The translations under genes and the position numbers were made by a program. From Candidatus Niyogibacteria bacterium (GTDB lineage Bacteria; Patescibacteriota; Minisyncoccia; JACROR01): a stretch of DNA of 64,000 nt. Below the pieces are notes generated by a model that worked only from the letters and a program-made list of their open reading frames with translations, was not told the origin of the DNA and did no database searches. The stretch is taken from NCBI GenBank assembly GCA_016186495.1, contig JACPLO010000010.1, positions 26,905 through 90,904 of the forward strand, written 5' to 3'. Positions 29,630 to 38,871 of this stretch are shown here, piece after piece; the stretch's first letter is position 1, and each line of letters starts with the position of its first letter.

Positions 29630-32017
29630 ATGAAAGAAAAAAAACAAAATATTCTTGTTTTACTTGACGCTCACGCCATTCTTCACCGCGCTTTTCACGC
29701 TTTGCCGGCTTTCACTTCGCCCAACGGGGAGCTGACCGGCGCGCTTTACGGCTTTGCGGCCATGCTTTTGAAAATTATCCGCGAGTTTAAACCGGATTAC
29801 CTGGCGGCTTGCTATGATTTGCCCGTGCCCACTTTCCGCCATATTGCTTACGAGAAATATAAAGGAAAAAGGCCAAAAATGGATGAAGGCCTGGCAATTC
29901 AAATCAACCGCTCGCGCGATATTTTAAAAGTTTTTGGGATTCCTATTTATGACGCGCCGGGTTTTGAAGCGGACGATGTTCTCGGCACAATCACGAAACA
30001 AGCAAATGATCCGAAACTCAAGATTATTGTCGCTTCCGGCGATTTGGATACGCTTCAATTGGTGCGAGGCAAAGATGTTGTCGTTTATACTCTCAAAAAA
30101 GGCATTCAAGACGCGATTGTTTACGATGAGGAAGGAGTAAAGGAGCGATTCGGTTTTTTACCGAAGTTTTTACCGGATTTTAAGGGCCTGAAAGGGGATC
30201 CTTCGGATAATATTTTAGGCATACCCGGCATCGGCGATAAAGGCGCGGCCGAGCTTATTCAAAAATTCGGCGGTTTGGAAGAAATCTACCGGTTTTTAGA
30301 AAAAAACGAAAAGAAATTTTTAGCCGCGGGCTTTAAACCGAGAATCGTAAAATTATTAAAAGAACACAAAGAAGAAGCGTTTTTTTCAAAAGAATTAGCC
30401 GTGATCCGGCGGGATGTGCCGATAAAATTCAGATGGCCGGATTTGGTTTGGAAAAAAAAATACCGTTTTTCTGAAGCGGAAAAACTTTTTCAAGAACTCG
30501 GCTTTAAAAGTTTGCGCGAGCGCTTGCCCGGCCAAAAATCCGCTGGCCAAGATAATTTTTCGTTAAAGGAAATTTCTTCCAAACAGCTTAAAAAGCTGCA
30601 GGTGGCCGCCTGGCTTCTGGATTCCCGCCGCGTTAACAAATCATTGGAAGATATTCTGGAAATTATCGGCGTTCGGTCAGTCAAGGAAGTTGAAAAAATT
30701 TTAGAAGAAAAAATCAAAAAAGAAAACTTGAAAGATTTTTTTGAAAAAACAGAATTGCCGTTAATGGATATTTTGGAGGAAATGCAAAAAACCGGCGTTT
30801 TGATAGACAGCGTTGTTTTGAAGAAACTTTCTTTAAAATACGAAAAAGAAATTACGGGTTTGAAAAAAAAGATTTGGGATTTGGCGGGCCAGGAATTTAA
30901 CGTCAGTTCTCCCCGCCAGCTGGGCGTTATTCTTTTTGATAAGCTGAAAATTTCCGTTAAAAGCATAAAAAAAACCGGCGGCGGCGGCTGGTCCACCGGC
31001 TTTTTGGAGCTTCAAAAATTGCGGCCGCTCCATCCGATCATTGATCTGATTTTAAAACATCGCGAATTGGCAAAATTAAAGACCACTTATTTAGACGCTT
31101 TGCCGAAATTAGCGGATAAAAATTCGCGTCTTCACACCACTTTTAATCAAGCCGGGACAATGACCGGGCGTTTTTCTTCGCAAAATCCGAATTTGCAGAA
31201 TATTCCCGTAAAAAACGAACGCGGAAAAGAGATAAGAAGAGCTTTTATCGCGCCGGCCGGCTGGGTTTTTTTGGCGGCGGATTATTCCCAAATTGAACTG
31301 CGCATTGCCGCTCTTCTTTCCGGGGATAAAATTATGACCGATGCTTTTTTAAAAGGAGATGACATTCATTCCGCCACGGCTTCGGCGATTTTTAACGTTT
31401 CGCCGGATAAAGTGACGGCGCAAATGCGGCGGCAGGCCAAAGTGATAAATTTTGGAATTTTATACGGGATGGGAGTCAGGTCTTTGGCTCAAAATTTAGG
31501 CGTGGCTAAAGAAGAAGCGCAGAAATTTTACGATGAGTATTTCAGCGATTTTTCCGGCATTCGCGAATATATTGAAAAAATAAAAGAGAAAGCCAAGGAA
31601 GACGGCTTTGTTGAGACTTTGTTCGGCCGAAAGCGTTATTTTCCCGAACTTCAAAATTTGCCGCCGTATCTTCATCATGAATTTTTGCGGATGGCGGTGA
31701 ATACTCCGATTCAAGGCACTGCCGCGGATTTTATGAAAATAGCCATGGTGGCGGCGGATCAGGCGATTAAAAAAGATTCTATTTTGCGGGATAAAGTGAA
31801 AATGGTTTTACAAATTCACGACGAACTTTTATTTGAAGTGAAAAAAGAAGTTTTGCCAAAAGCCGCCGAATTGATTAAAAAAGAAATGGAAGGAGTGTCT
31901 AAAAACAAAATTCCTTTTCCGGCGGATATCAGCGCCGGCCCCAATTGGGCGGAAATGAATCCCGTTAGAGATTGCGAGGGCTCACAGCATAAAATCTCTA
32001 ACGGGATGAAAAAATAA
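29630..32017 (+). CDS. polA: DNA polymerase I (3'-5' exonuclease domain largely lost)
   Basis: 5'-exo EADD/GDPSDNI; TGRFSS.NPNLQNIP, DYSQIELR, AK.INFG..YG, QIHDEL. Confidence 0.97.
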   Translation: MKEKKQNILVLLDAHAILHRAFHALPAFTSPNGELTGALYGFAAMLLKIIREFKPDYLAACYDLPVPTFRHIAYEKYKGKRPKMDEGLAIQINRSRDILKVFGIPIYDAPGFEADDVLGTITKQANDPKLKIIVASGDLDTLQLVRGKDVVVYTLKKGIQDAIVYDEEGVKERFGFLPKFLPDFKGLKGDPSDNILGIPGIGDKGAAELIQKFGGLEEIYRFLEKNEKKFLAAGFKPRIVKLLKEHKEEAFFSKELAVIRRDVPIKFRWPDLVWKKKYRFSEAEKLFQELGFKSLRERLPGQKSAGQDNFSLKEISSKQLKKLQVAAWLLDSRRVNKSLEDILEIIGVRSVKEVEKILEEKIKKENLKDFFEKTELPLMDILEEMQKTGVLIDSVVLKKLSLKYEKEITGLKKKIWDLAGQEFNVSSPRQLGVILFDKLKISVKSIKKTGGGGWSTGFLELQKLRPLHPIIDLILKHRELAKLKTTYLDALPKLADKNSRLHTTFNQAGTMTGRFSSQNPNLQNIPVKNERGKEIRRAFIAPAGWVFLAADYSQIELRIAALLSGDKIMTDAFLKGDDIHSATASAIFNVSPDKVTAQMRRQAKVINFGILYGMGVRSLAQNLGVAKEEAQKFYDEYFSDFSGIREYIEKIKEKAKEDGFVETLFGRKRYFPELQNLPPYLHHEFLRMAVNTPIQGTAADFMKIAMVAADQAIKKDSILRDKVKMVLQIHDELLFEVKKEVLPKAAELIKKEMEGVSKNKIPFPADISAGPNWAEMNPVRDCEGSQHKISNGMKK
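31960..32006. mobile_element. CCCGTTAG-arm element, 47 nt, in-frame in polA
   Basis: TGAA|TCCCGTTAGAGATT...AATCTCTAACGGGA|TGAA. Confidence 0.85.
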
Positions 32018-32018
32018 T

Positions 32019-32924
32019 ATGATTTATTTGCTTCACGGAAAAGATACTTACCGGAGCCGCCAAAATTTGCGCCAAATTACGCAGAAGTTTTTTGACGAAA
32101 AAAATCTGAAATATCATTTTTTCCGCCTGACGCCTGAAAATTTTAATTCCGCTCTTTTTTTTGATTTAGCGAAAAACCAGACAATGTTCGGTGGAAGATA
32201 TTTGGCGGCCGCCGAAGAATTATTGGCGGATAAAAATTTTGGTTCTTTAATCCTTGAGAATATGCCTATTCTGGCCGAGAGCGAAAACATCTTTGTTTTT
32301 TGGGAAAGGGAATTGGCGGCTGATTTGCTTGAAAAAATAAAAACCCGGGCGAAAAAAACACAAGAATTTTTGCCGCTTTCCGGCGTTAAATTAAAAAATT
32401 GGATTAAGGCGGAATCTAAAAAACTGAATTTTAACGTTTCCGGCGAGATTCTGGAAAATTTAATCCAGCAGCACGGTTCGGATCTTTGGGCGATTAGCCG
32501 GGCATTGGAAATTATCGCGTTGGGCGGAATGTTTAAACAGGAAACGATAAAAAAAGAAAAAGATAAAGCCGCGATGTTTGATTTAACCGACGCTTTTGCT
32601 TCGCGGGATCAAAAAAGAGCAATCTTACTTTTTGAAAAATACCGAAAAATGGGCGTGCCGGCGGAAGATATTTTTTGGCGTCTTTCTTGGCAGATTAAAA
32701 CGCTTTTAGCGGTTAAAAGTTTGGCGGACCAGCCGCTTTCCGAGATTCAAAAACAGACTGGTTTTAAGGAATATCCGATAAAAAAAGCGCTGGCCGCCGG
32801 CGCCGGCTTTAAAAAAGAAGAGTTGAAAAAAATATTCAGAGAATTTTTAACGGCTTATCATCAGTCAAGAATCAGCGCCGCGGAGTTTGATAGCCGCCTT
32901 TACGATATTTTAATCAAACTTTAA
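32019..32924 (+). CDS. holA: DNA polymerase III delta subunit
   Basis: MIYLLHG.D, FDL.DA; adjacent to rpsT. Confidence 0.8.
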   Translation: MIYLLHGKDTYRSRQNLRQITQKFFDEKNLKYHFFRLTPENFNSALFFDLAKNQTMFGGRYLAAAEELLADKNFGSLILENMPILAESENIFVFWERELAADLLEKIKTRAKKTQEFLPLSGVKLKNWIKAESKKLNFNVSGEILENLIQQHGSDLWAISRALEIIALGGMFKQETIKKEKDKAAMFDLTDAFASRDQKRAILLFEKYRKMGVPAEDIFWRLSWQIKTLLAVKSLADQPLSEIQKQTGFKEYPIKKALAAGAGFKKEELKKIFREFLTAYHQSRISAAEFDSRLYDILIKL

Positions 32925-33171
32925 TGAATTTAGCGAGCCGGGATTTTTTGCGGCTGGCGGTGTTTTTTTTGATTACGCCGCGTTTGGCCGCTTTATCAAT
33001 GGCTTGATAAGCGAGAGAAAGAAGATTTTTAGCTTCTTCGTTTTTTCCTTCCATTTTTAAAAGGCGCGTTTTTTTAACGGATTCTTTCATTGTTTTTTTT
33101 ATTCTTGAATTAAGCGCCTGTCTTTTTTTAGATTGCCTTAAATTTTTTTTAGCGGATTCAATGTTCGGCAT
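32914..33171 (-). CDS. rpsT: 30S ribosomal protein S20
   Basis: MPNIESAKK..RQ, IDKAAKRGVIKKNTASRKKSRL. Confidence 0.97.
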   Translation of the reverse strand: MPNIESAKKNLRQSKKRQALNSRIKKTMKESVKKTRLLKMEGKNEEAKNLLSLAYQAIDKAAKRGVIKKNTASRKKSRLAKFIKV

Positions 33172-33220
33172 AAATGTTAATTTACCTTAATTGGAAATTT
33201 GAGTCAAGATCAATAATAAT

Positions 33221-33255
33221 CCCCGTTAAATTTGCTTCGTAACTATTTAACGGGG
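33221..33255. repeat. Short palindromic element (CCCCGTTAAAT arms)
   Basis: CCCCGTTAAAT-TTGCTTCGTAACT-ATTTAACGGGG. Confidence 0.75.
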
Positions 33256-33267
33256 TAAAATTAAAAA

Positions 33268-34938
33268 ATGCCGAACTTATTAAATTTTTTTCAATCGCTG
33301 AATTTTTTTAAAAAAATCGTTAAAAAAAATCAAGAAAAAAAAACACCGGCGCAAAAGCCTTTTTATCGGCCGGTAACGCTTTTGATTTTAGACGGCTTCG
33401 GCGTTAATGTTTCGGTGCCGGAATCCACTTGGCGCTACGCCAAACGGCCGTCATTTGAAGAATTGGAGAAATATTGGCCTTTTACCGCACTTCAGGCCTC
33501 GGGCATCGCGGTCGGGCTTCCTTGGAATGAGCCGGGGAACAGTGAAGTCGGCCATTTAACGATTGGCGCGGGACGCGCACTCTATCACCATCTGCCGCGC
33601 ATTATCAGCGCGATCAGCGACGGCTCGTTTTTTAAAAATGAAGCGTTTAAGGTGGCGGCGGAACGCGCTAAAGAGCCGGGCCAGAGTCTCCATTTAATGG
33701 GACTTTTTTCTTCCGGTTCGGTCCATGCTTATGCGGAACATCTTTACGCTTTAATGGATTTGGCAAAAAAAGAAAAAATATCCGAAGTCTGGCTTCATCT
33801 TTTTTCAGACGGAAAAGACGCGCCGCCTAAAGAATTTTACGATTTTTTAGGAAAATTCGCTGAAAAATTAAAAGATTATCCCAAAGTCAGGATCAGTTCG
33901 CTTTTAGGACGTTCTTTCGCGATGGATCGGGATGAAAATTGGGATAAAATTAAAATTACTTACCGGCTTTTAACCGAAGGCCGCGGTCAACCGTTTAAAG
34001 ACCCTCTGGTTCACGTTGAAGAATCTTACCGAATGGGAAAAAATGACGCTGATCTTTTACCGGGTTTTTTAGCGGACGAAAATAACCGGCCTTTGGGAAG
34101 AATTAAAGACGGCGATGCGGTGATTTTTTATAATTTTCGGGAAGACAGCGCCCGGGAATTAACCAGTGCTTTTATTAGCGAACAGTTTGACCGGTTTGGA
34201 CGCGAAAGCTGGCTGAAAAATCTTTTATTCGTGACCATGACCGAATATGACAAGCGGTTTTCCGTTAAAGCGGCGTTTCCGTCGCTGGATGTTGAACGGC
34301 CTCTGGCGCGGGTGGTTTCGGAAGCCGGTTTAAAACAGCTTCACATCGCGGAAACGGATAAATACGCCCACATCACTTATTTTTTAAACGGCGGCCGGGA
34401 AAAGCCGTTTTCCGGCGAAGACCGGATTCTAATTCCTTCGTTGCCGGCGGAAAGCTATGATCAACGGCCGGAAATGTCCGCCCGTCAGATCACTGAAGCC
34501 GTGATTAAAAATCTTGAAAATTATGATTTTATCGCCGTGAATTTTGCGAATGGCGATATGGTGGGGCACACGGGGAATTTTGAAGCCACGGTAAAAGCGA
34601 TTGAGGTTTTAGATTTTTCCGTGGGAAAAATCATCGCCAAGGCCCTGGAAGTCGGCGGCGCGGTTTTAATTATCGCGGATCACGGGAACGCCGAGGAAAA
34701 AAGATACCGTTTAACCGGCGAAGAAAGAACCCAGCATACGATCAATCCGGTGCCGTGTTATCTGGCGGCCCCGGGTTTTAAACGAACATCTTCGCGCGCC
34801 GCCGAGGAGATTAGCGGTCATTATCGCAAGATTGGCGGGGTTTTGATTGACGTGGCGCCGACTGTTTTGAATCTTTTAGGATTAAAAGCGCCGCCGGAGA
34901 TGAATGGTGAAAATCTTCTTGATAAAACTTTAAAATAA
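33268..34938 (+). CDS. gpmI: 2,3-BPG-independent phosphoglycerate mutase
   Basis: ILDGFG, GNSEVGH, AMDRD, AET.KYAH, DMVGH.G, ADHGNAE. Confidence 0.97.
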   Translation: MPNLLNFFQSLNFFKKIVKKNQEKKTPAQKPFYRPVTLLILDGFGVNVSVPESTWRYAKRPSFEELEKYWPFTALQASGIAVGLPWNEPGNSEVGHLTIGAGRALYHHLPRIISAISDGSFFKNEAFKVAAERAKEPGQSLHLMGLFSSGSVHAYAEHLYALMDLAKKEKISEVWLHLFSDGKDAPPKEFYDFLGKFAEKLKDYPKVRISSLLGRSFAMDRDENWDKIKITYRLLTEGRGQPFKDPLVHVEESYRMGKNDADLLPGFLADENNRPLGRIKDGDAVIFYNFREDSARELTSAFISEQFDRFGRESWLKNLLFVTMTEYDKRFSVKAAFPSLDVERPLARVVSEAGLKQLHIAETDKYAHITYFLNGGREKPFSGEDRILIPSLPAESYDQRPEMSARQITEAVIKNLENYDFIAVNFANGDMVGHTGNFEATVKAIEVLDFSVGKIIAKALEVGGAVLIIADHGNAEEKRYRLTGEERTQHTINPVPCYLAAPGFKRTSSRAAEEISGHYRKIGGVLIDVAPTVLNLLGLKAPPEMNGENLLDKTLK

Positions 34939-34956
34939 AAAAAGATCGCGCTTTTT

Positions 34957-35592
34957 TTAAGACGGTTTATTTTTTTTGTTATTATTTTTTGAGTTTGGCG
35001 GATGATTGATTTCCACTTTAGATTTGATGATTTTATCCACAATGCCGTATTGTTTGGCTTCTTCGGCGCTCATAAAAAAGTCGCGGTCCGTATCCTCTTC
35101 TATTTTAGAAAGCGGCTTGTTGGTGTGATAAGCAAGAATTTTATTTAATTGTTCTTTTACTTTTAAAATATGGCGGGCGGAAATTTCAATTTCCGTGGCC
35201 TGGCCTTCGGCCGCCCCTATCACTTGATGAATCATCACTTCGGAATTTGGCAGGATATACCGTTTTCCTTTTGCGCCGGCGCTTAGAATAATCGCTCCGC
35301 CCGAAGCGGCTACGCCAACGCAAATTGTGGCGACATCCGGCTTAATATGCTGAATCGTGTCATAAATGGCTAAAGTGGCGGTCACCGAACCGCCCGGCGA
35401 ATTTACATAAAGATTAATGTCTTTTTTAGGATCGCGGGATTCCAGAAACAAAAGCTGGGCGATAATGGTGTTCGCCATCGGATCAATGATCGGTCCGCCT
35501 AAAAAAACAATTCGTTCTTCTAAAAGCCGAGAATAAATATCATAAGCTCTTTCGCCGAATTGGCTTTTTTCAATAACGGTTGGAATAAGCAT
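34957..35592 (-). CDS. clpP: ATP-dependent Clp protease proteolytic subunit
   Basis: DIYSRLL, NSPGGSV, MIHQ, DRDFFM. Confidence 0.98.
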   Translation of the reverse strand: MLIPTVIEKSQFGERAYDIYSRLLEERIVFLGGPIIDPMANTIIAQLLFLESRDPKKDINLYVNSPGGSVTATLAIYDTIQHIKPDVATICVGVAASGGAIILSAGAKGKRYILPNSEVMIHQVIGAAEGQATEIEISARHILKVKEQLNKILAYHTNKPLSKIEEDTDRDFFMSAEEAKQYGIVDKIIKSKVEINHPPNSKNNNKKNKPS

Positions 35593-35638
35593 AATTAAAG
35601 AATAACCGATTAAAAATTAAGAATCAAGATTTATTATT

Positions 35639-36262
35639 TTAAAATCCCAAGCCGGTAATCAATTGGAAAAGGCCGAAAACAATAGGCAGGATAATGCTCC
35701 AAAAAAAGAAAATAAAAATTAAAAGAATGAAGAATCCGTATTGTTCCAGAAAAATTTGGAGATGGCGCCAGCGATAAGGCAGGAGCGCGAAAAACACTTT
35801 GGAACCGTCTAAAGGAGGAATGGGGATTAAATTAAAAACCGCCAGAATAATGTTGATAAAAACAATTGAAGCGGTAATTTTTAGGAAAGCGTCGGAAATA
35901 AATCCGTTAGCCGCGCCGAATCTTATAATCAAGCCGAAGATAATCGCGATCAGGATATTAGCCAAAGGTCCGGCCGCGGCGACCGCGCCGGGCCCCCATT
36001 TTTGATTTTTTAAATTATAAGGATTATAAGGCACGGGACGAGCCCAGCCGAAAATAAAACCGCCGATAAGATAAGTGGTTGCCGGCACGATGATTGAACC
36101 GATTGGATCAAGGTGTTTTAAGGGATTTAAAGTAAGTCGTCCCTGAAGCCGGGCCGTGGGATCGCCTAAAGCATTGGCGCTGAAGCCGTGAGAAACTTCA
36201 TGAATCACCACTGACATGATTAAGATGGCGATCGCGAAGAAAAATTCAATTTCTGAAAACAT
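35639..36262 (-). CDS. Site-2 protease (M50)
   Basis: HEVSH, GRLTLNP..HLD, FNLIPIPPLDG. Confidence 0.95.
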   Translation of the reverse strand: MFSEIEFFFAIAILIMSVVIHEVSHGFSANALGDPTARLQGRLTLNPLKHLDPIGSIIVPATTYLIGGFIFGWARPVPYNPYNLKNQKWGPGAVAAAGPLANILIAIIFGLIIRFGAANGFISDAFLKITASIVFINIILAVFNLIPIPPLDGSKVFFALLPYRWRHLQIFLEQYGFFILLIFIFFFWSIILPIVFGLFQLITGLGF

Positions 36263-36317
36263 GTTAAAAATTTAAAATTACTTGAATCTCCGATATTTTT
36301 ATAGTAAACTTTTTTTT

Positions 36318-36604
36318 ATGGCAAACAATGTTTAATTTGTGGAAAAGGGTCGCGGATGGGGGGTAAAAGAAATCTTTTGCGCGGAAAATATAATCCTACT
36401 CCTAAAAAACGAAAATATCCCAATCTTCAGTGGGCGAGTTTTCCGGCTGGCGGCAGGATAAAAATTTGCACCCGTTGTCTCAAGAAAAATAAACTGCTTT
36501 ATTTTTCTTCCGATTCTTTGCAAAGCAAAAAAATTGCCAGTATGCCGAAGGCGCGAAGCAATAAGGAACAGAATCTCCATCTCAAAAAAACGGCTGTAAA
36601 ATAA
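36318..36604 (+). CDS. rpmB: 50S ribosomal protein L28; single-A frameshift in codon 3
   Basis: ATGGCAAACAATGT... becomes MAKQCLICGKG...KRKYPNLQ...KICTRCLK with one extra A. Confidence 0.85.
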
Positions 36605-36637
36605 CCGTTTTTTGAGATAATAGTAAATAATAAATAT

Positions 36638-36810
36638 CGGGCCATAGTATAATGGCAGTACGCAAGGCTGGCTTTTCAAGTAATTTATCGGGATGTCGTA
36701 TAGTGGCAGTACGCATGCATGGGGTGCATGCAGTCCGAGTTCGATTCTCGGCATCCCGACCAATTACTTGAAAAGTTGCAACTTGGGTTCAATTCCCAGT
36801 GGCCCGACCA
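36638..36810 (+). pseudogene. Outer tRNA-Pro shell interrupted in the anticodon
   Basis: CGGGCCA/TGGCCCG-ACCA acceptor, D-arm and T-arm intact; anticodon arm CAAGG-CT-GG is broken by an insertion. Confidence 0.8.
36689..36762 (+). tRNA. tRNA-Pro(GGG), nested
   Basis: Full cloverleaf CATGC-AT-GGG-GT-GCATG, CCA encoded. Confidence 0.95.
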
Positions 36811-36986
36811 TTCAAAATTAAATCAGATTAGAGAAAATCGCGAAGAAAAATGCCTTAAAATCGGCGATTCGTATTTGAATTTAACGCCGCTGATTTTATT
36901 TTTTTGTTTAATCAGCCGCGCGAAGGATTCAACCACATAATCAAAATGTTCTTTGTTGTAGACGCGGCGCGGAATGGCAAGGCGCA
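36805..36986. repeat. 182-bp direct repeat, copy 1 (duplicate of the tryptophanase 3' end)
   Basis: Matches 38690-38871 with about 3 mismatches. Confidence 0.9.
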
Positions 36987-37244
36987 TTTCTTTGTTTCCT
37001 TTCTTAATTCGATTATTCTTTCTTTAATCCTGATCGGTGTTTCTCTGGGATTAGTTTTTGGCCTCTTTGATTTATTTTCCAGCCCTTCCAATCCGCTTTT
37101 TCTGTAATCAACCAACCAGTATTTAAGCGACCTTTCTGAAAAAGGACACACTCTGACCATATTCTTAATTGATATTTCTTTGTCTAATATCGGTTTAATC
37201 CATCTAAATTTTTCTTCTTTTGTTGATTTGGGCATAGTTTTCAT
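36912..37244 (-). pseudogene. Truncated IS481-like transposase N-terminus (HTH) fused to the duplicated segment
   Basis: RSLKYWL..YRK.GLEGL..KSKRPK..P...P..I..RII.LR pattern; no DDE core. Confidence 0.7.
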
Positions 37245-37300
37245 ATGCCCTTAGATTATTCAAAAAAGTGCAATATGTGTGTGTAGATTACCGCAAGCAC

Positions 37301-37329
37301 TTGACTTGTGGCAAAAAATAAACTATAAT
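37301..37329 (+). promoter_or_regulatory. Sigma70 promoter
   Basis: TTGACT-N17-TATAAT. Confidence 0.75.
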
Positions 37330-37377
37330 ACGACGAGCATTTATCGAACCTTAAAAACCTCGATTGGAGGTGATCAC

Positions 37378-38415
37378 ATGAAGCAAACCAAAACTCTACT
37401 TCGAGTGCTATTGTCCCTTCTCATATTAGAGTCCGCGTTCGCAATTCACGAATACGGTCATCTAAGAGAGTTCCAGAAACGCGGCGTCCCTGTCAAGGAG
37501 TTTTCACTCGGGATCGGTCCCAGCATGTACCAATACCAAACTGATTCTTCGCTAACTGTAAGTTTCCGACTCATACCGATAATGGCGTATGTCGCGCCAA
37601 CGGAAGAGGGCGGAAACTTGTTTAAGAAGCAAGGATCGCTTTGGAACAAAATCGCTGTCGATTTGGCTGGAGTGCGTAATAACTTCTTGGTTGGCTTGGC
37701 CATCATACTCTTTCTGCAAATTCTTGGTTGGAGAAGAGGAAATCTCTCCGCAAAGGAACTCGCAGGAACAGCGATGGTTACGCCGTTCAAGATTCCGCTC
37801 CGCTTCGTCGCATTCCTCGTCGGATGCGTGACGTGGGGTCGCATCAACCTGGCGGAGAAATTTCTTCTCTCAACGGGGGGCATCGATCCGCCTAAGCCGC
37901 TCAAATCGCTCATCCTTTGGAACTTGACGCTTGGTCTTTTCAATCTTGCGCCAATTCCTCCACTTGACGGCGGTCACGCGCTAGAAGCTGTCTTACTCTC
38001 GGCAGGAACTAGCATCTACATATCAGAGATTCCGAAGTTTGTGGGCGTTATCCTTTTTGCCGTATATTGCACGACTGCTGGCAATCAGGATATGCGCGTG
38101 CTTGAAGTTGAACCAAGAAGCGACTCCGTGGAATCAAGAAGGGGCACAACGAAAAGAAGATCAAGCGGGGCGCTTGGCCGTTGGGAAGAAGAGGGAGAAG
38201 AAGCCCCCAGCTTCTTTTTGGTCCGGAGGATCACCCACACACATCTTCCGACTCGTGTCAGGAATATTCTCGAAGACTCCAGTATCTGCACGATTGGCGA
38301 ACTGCGGGAAACTACCGCAAGCCAGTTATTGCAGATCAAGGGTTTTGGTCTGAAATCTCTGGAAGCTGTCGAAAAACTTTTACGAGATAAAGGGCTATCC
38401 CTAAAACCGGAGTGA
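37378..38415 (+). CDS. M50 (RseP-like) metalloprotease fused to an RNA polymerase alpha-CTD-like domain
   Basis: HEYGH, FSLGIGP, NLAPIPPLDGG; C-terminal LPTRVRNIL...TIGEL...LLQIKGFGLKSL; GGAGG SD before ATG 37378. Confidence 0.8.
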   Translation: MKQTKTLLRVLLSLLILESAFAIHEYGHLREFQKRGVPVKEFSLGIGPSMYQYQTDSSLTVSFRLIPIMAYVAPTEEGGNLFKKQGSLWNKIAVDLAGVRNNFLVGLAIILFLQILGWRRGNLSAKELAGTAMVTPFKIPLRFVAFLVGCVTWGRINLAEKFLLSTGGIDPPKPLKSLILWNLTLGLFNLAPIPPLDGGHALEAVLLSAGTSIYISEIPKFVGVILFAVYCTTAGNQDMRVLEVEPRSDSVESRRGTTKRRSSGALGRWEEEGEEAPSFFLVRRITHTHLPTRVRNILEDSSICTIGELRETTASQLLQIKGFGLKSLEAVEKLLRDKGLSLKPE

Positions 38416-38689
38416 GAGTAGCTTCTCGACCATCGCGGGGGGCGCGCAGAGCAATCTGTGCGCCCCCCTTTTTCTTTTTCAGAATTTCAAAGAACAAATC
38501 TTTGCGAAAACAAATTTTTTTAGCTATTCTTTATTTGTATTTGTATTTGTTTCCGCAACTATCGGCGCGAATTTTTCCGAAGCGAGGGCGGGGCGGAATT
38601 CCTCCCTTCCAATCCTCTCCTTCCGCCGCGCCCGAGCGGAGCGATCAGGAATTTTTCTCAAAATGGGTTCGCGCTAAATTCAGAATACG

Positions 38690-38871
38690 CGACCATTCAA
38701 AATTAAATCAGATTAGAGAAAATCGCGAAGAAAAATGCCTTAAAATCGGAGATTCGTATTTGAATTTAACGCCGCTGATTTTATTTTTTTGTTTGATCAG
38801 CCGCGCGAAGGATTCAACCACATAATCAAAATGTTCTTTGTTGTAGACGCGGCGCGGAATGGCCAGGCGCA
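38690..38871. repeat. 182-bp direct repeat, copy 2
   Basis: Matches 36805-36986. Confidence 0.9.

Noticed and set aside
35033-35041. Perfect DnaA box TTATCCACA
   Set aside because: Isolated and inside the clpP coding sequence; plausibly chance
36332-36763. 143-aa minus-strand ORF
   Set aside because: Antisense to rpmB and tRNA-Pro
38412-38825. 137-aa plus-strand ORF
   Set aside because: Runs through a terminator-like hairpin and antisense into tnaA
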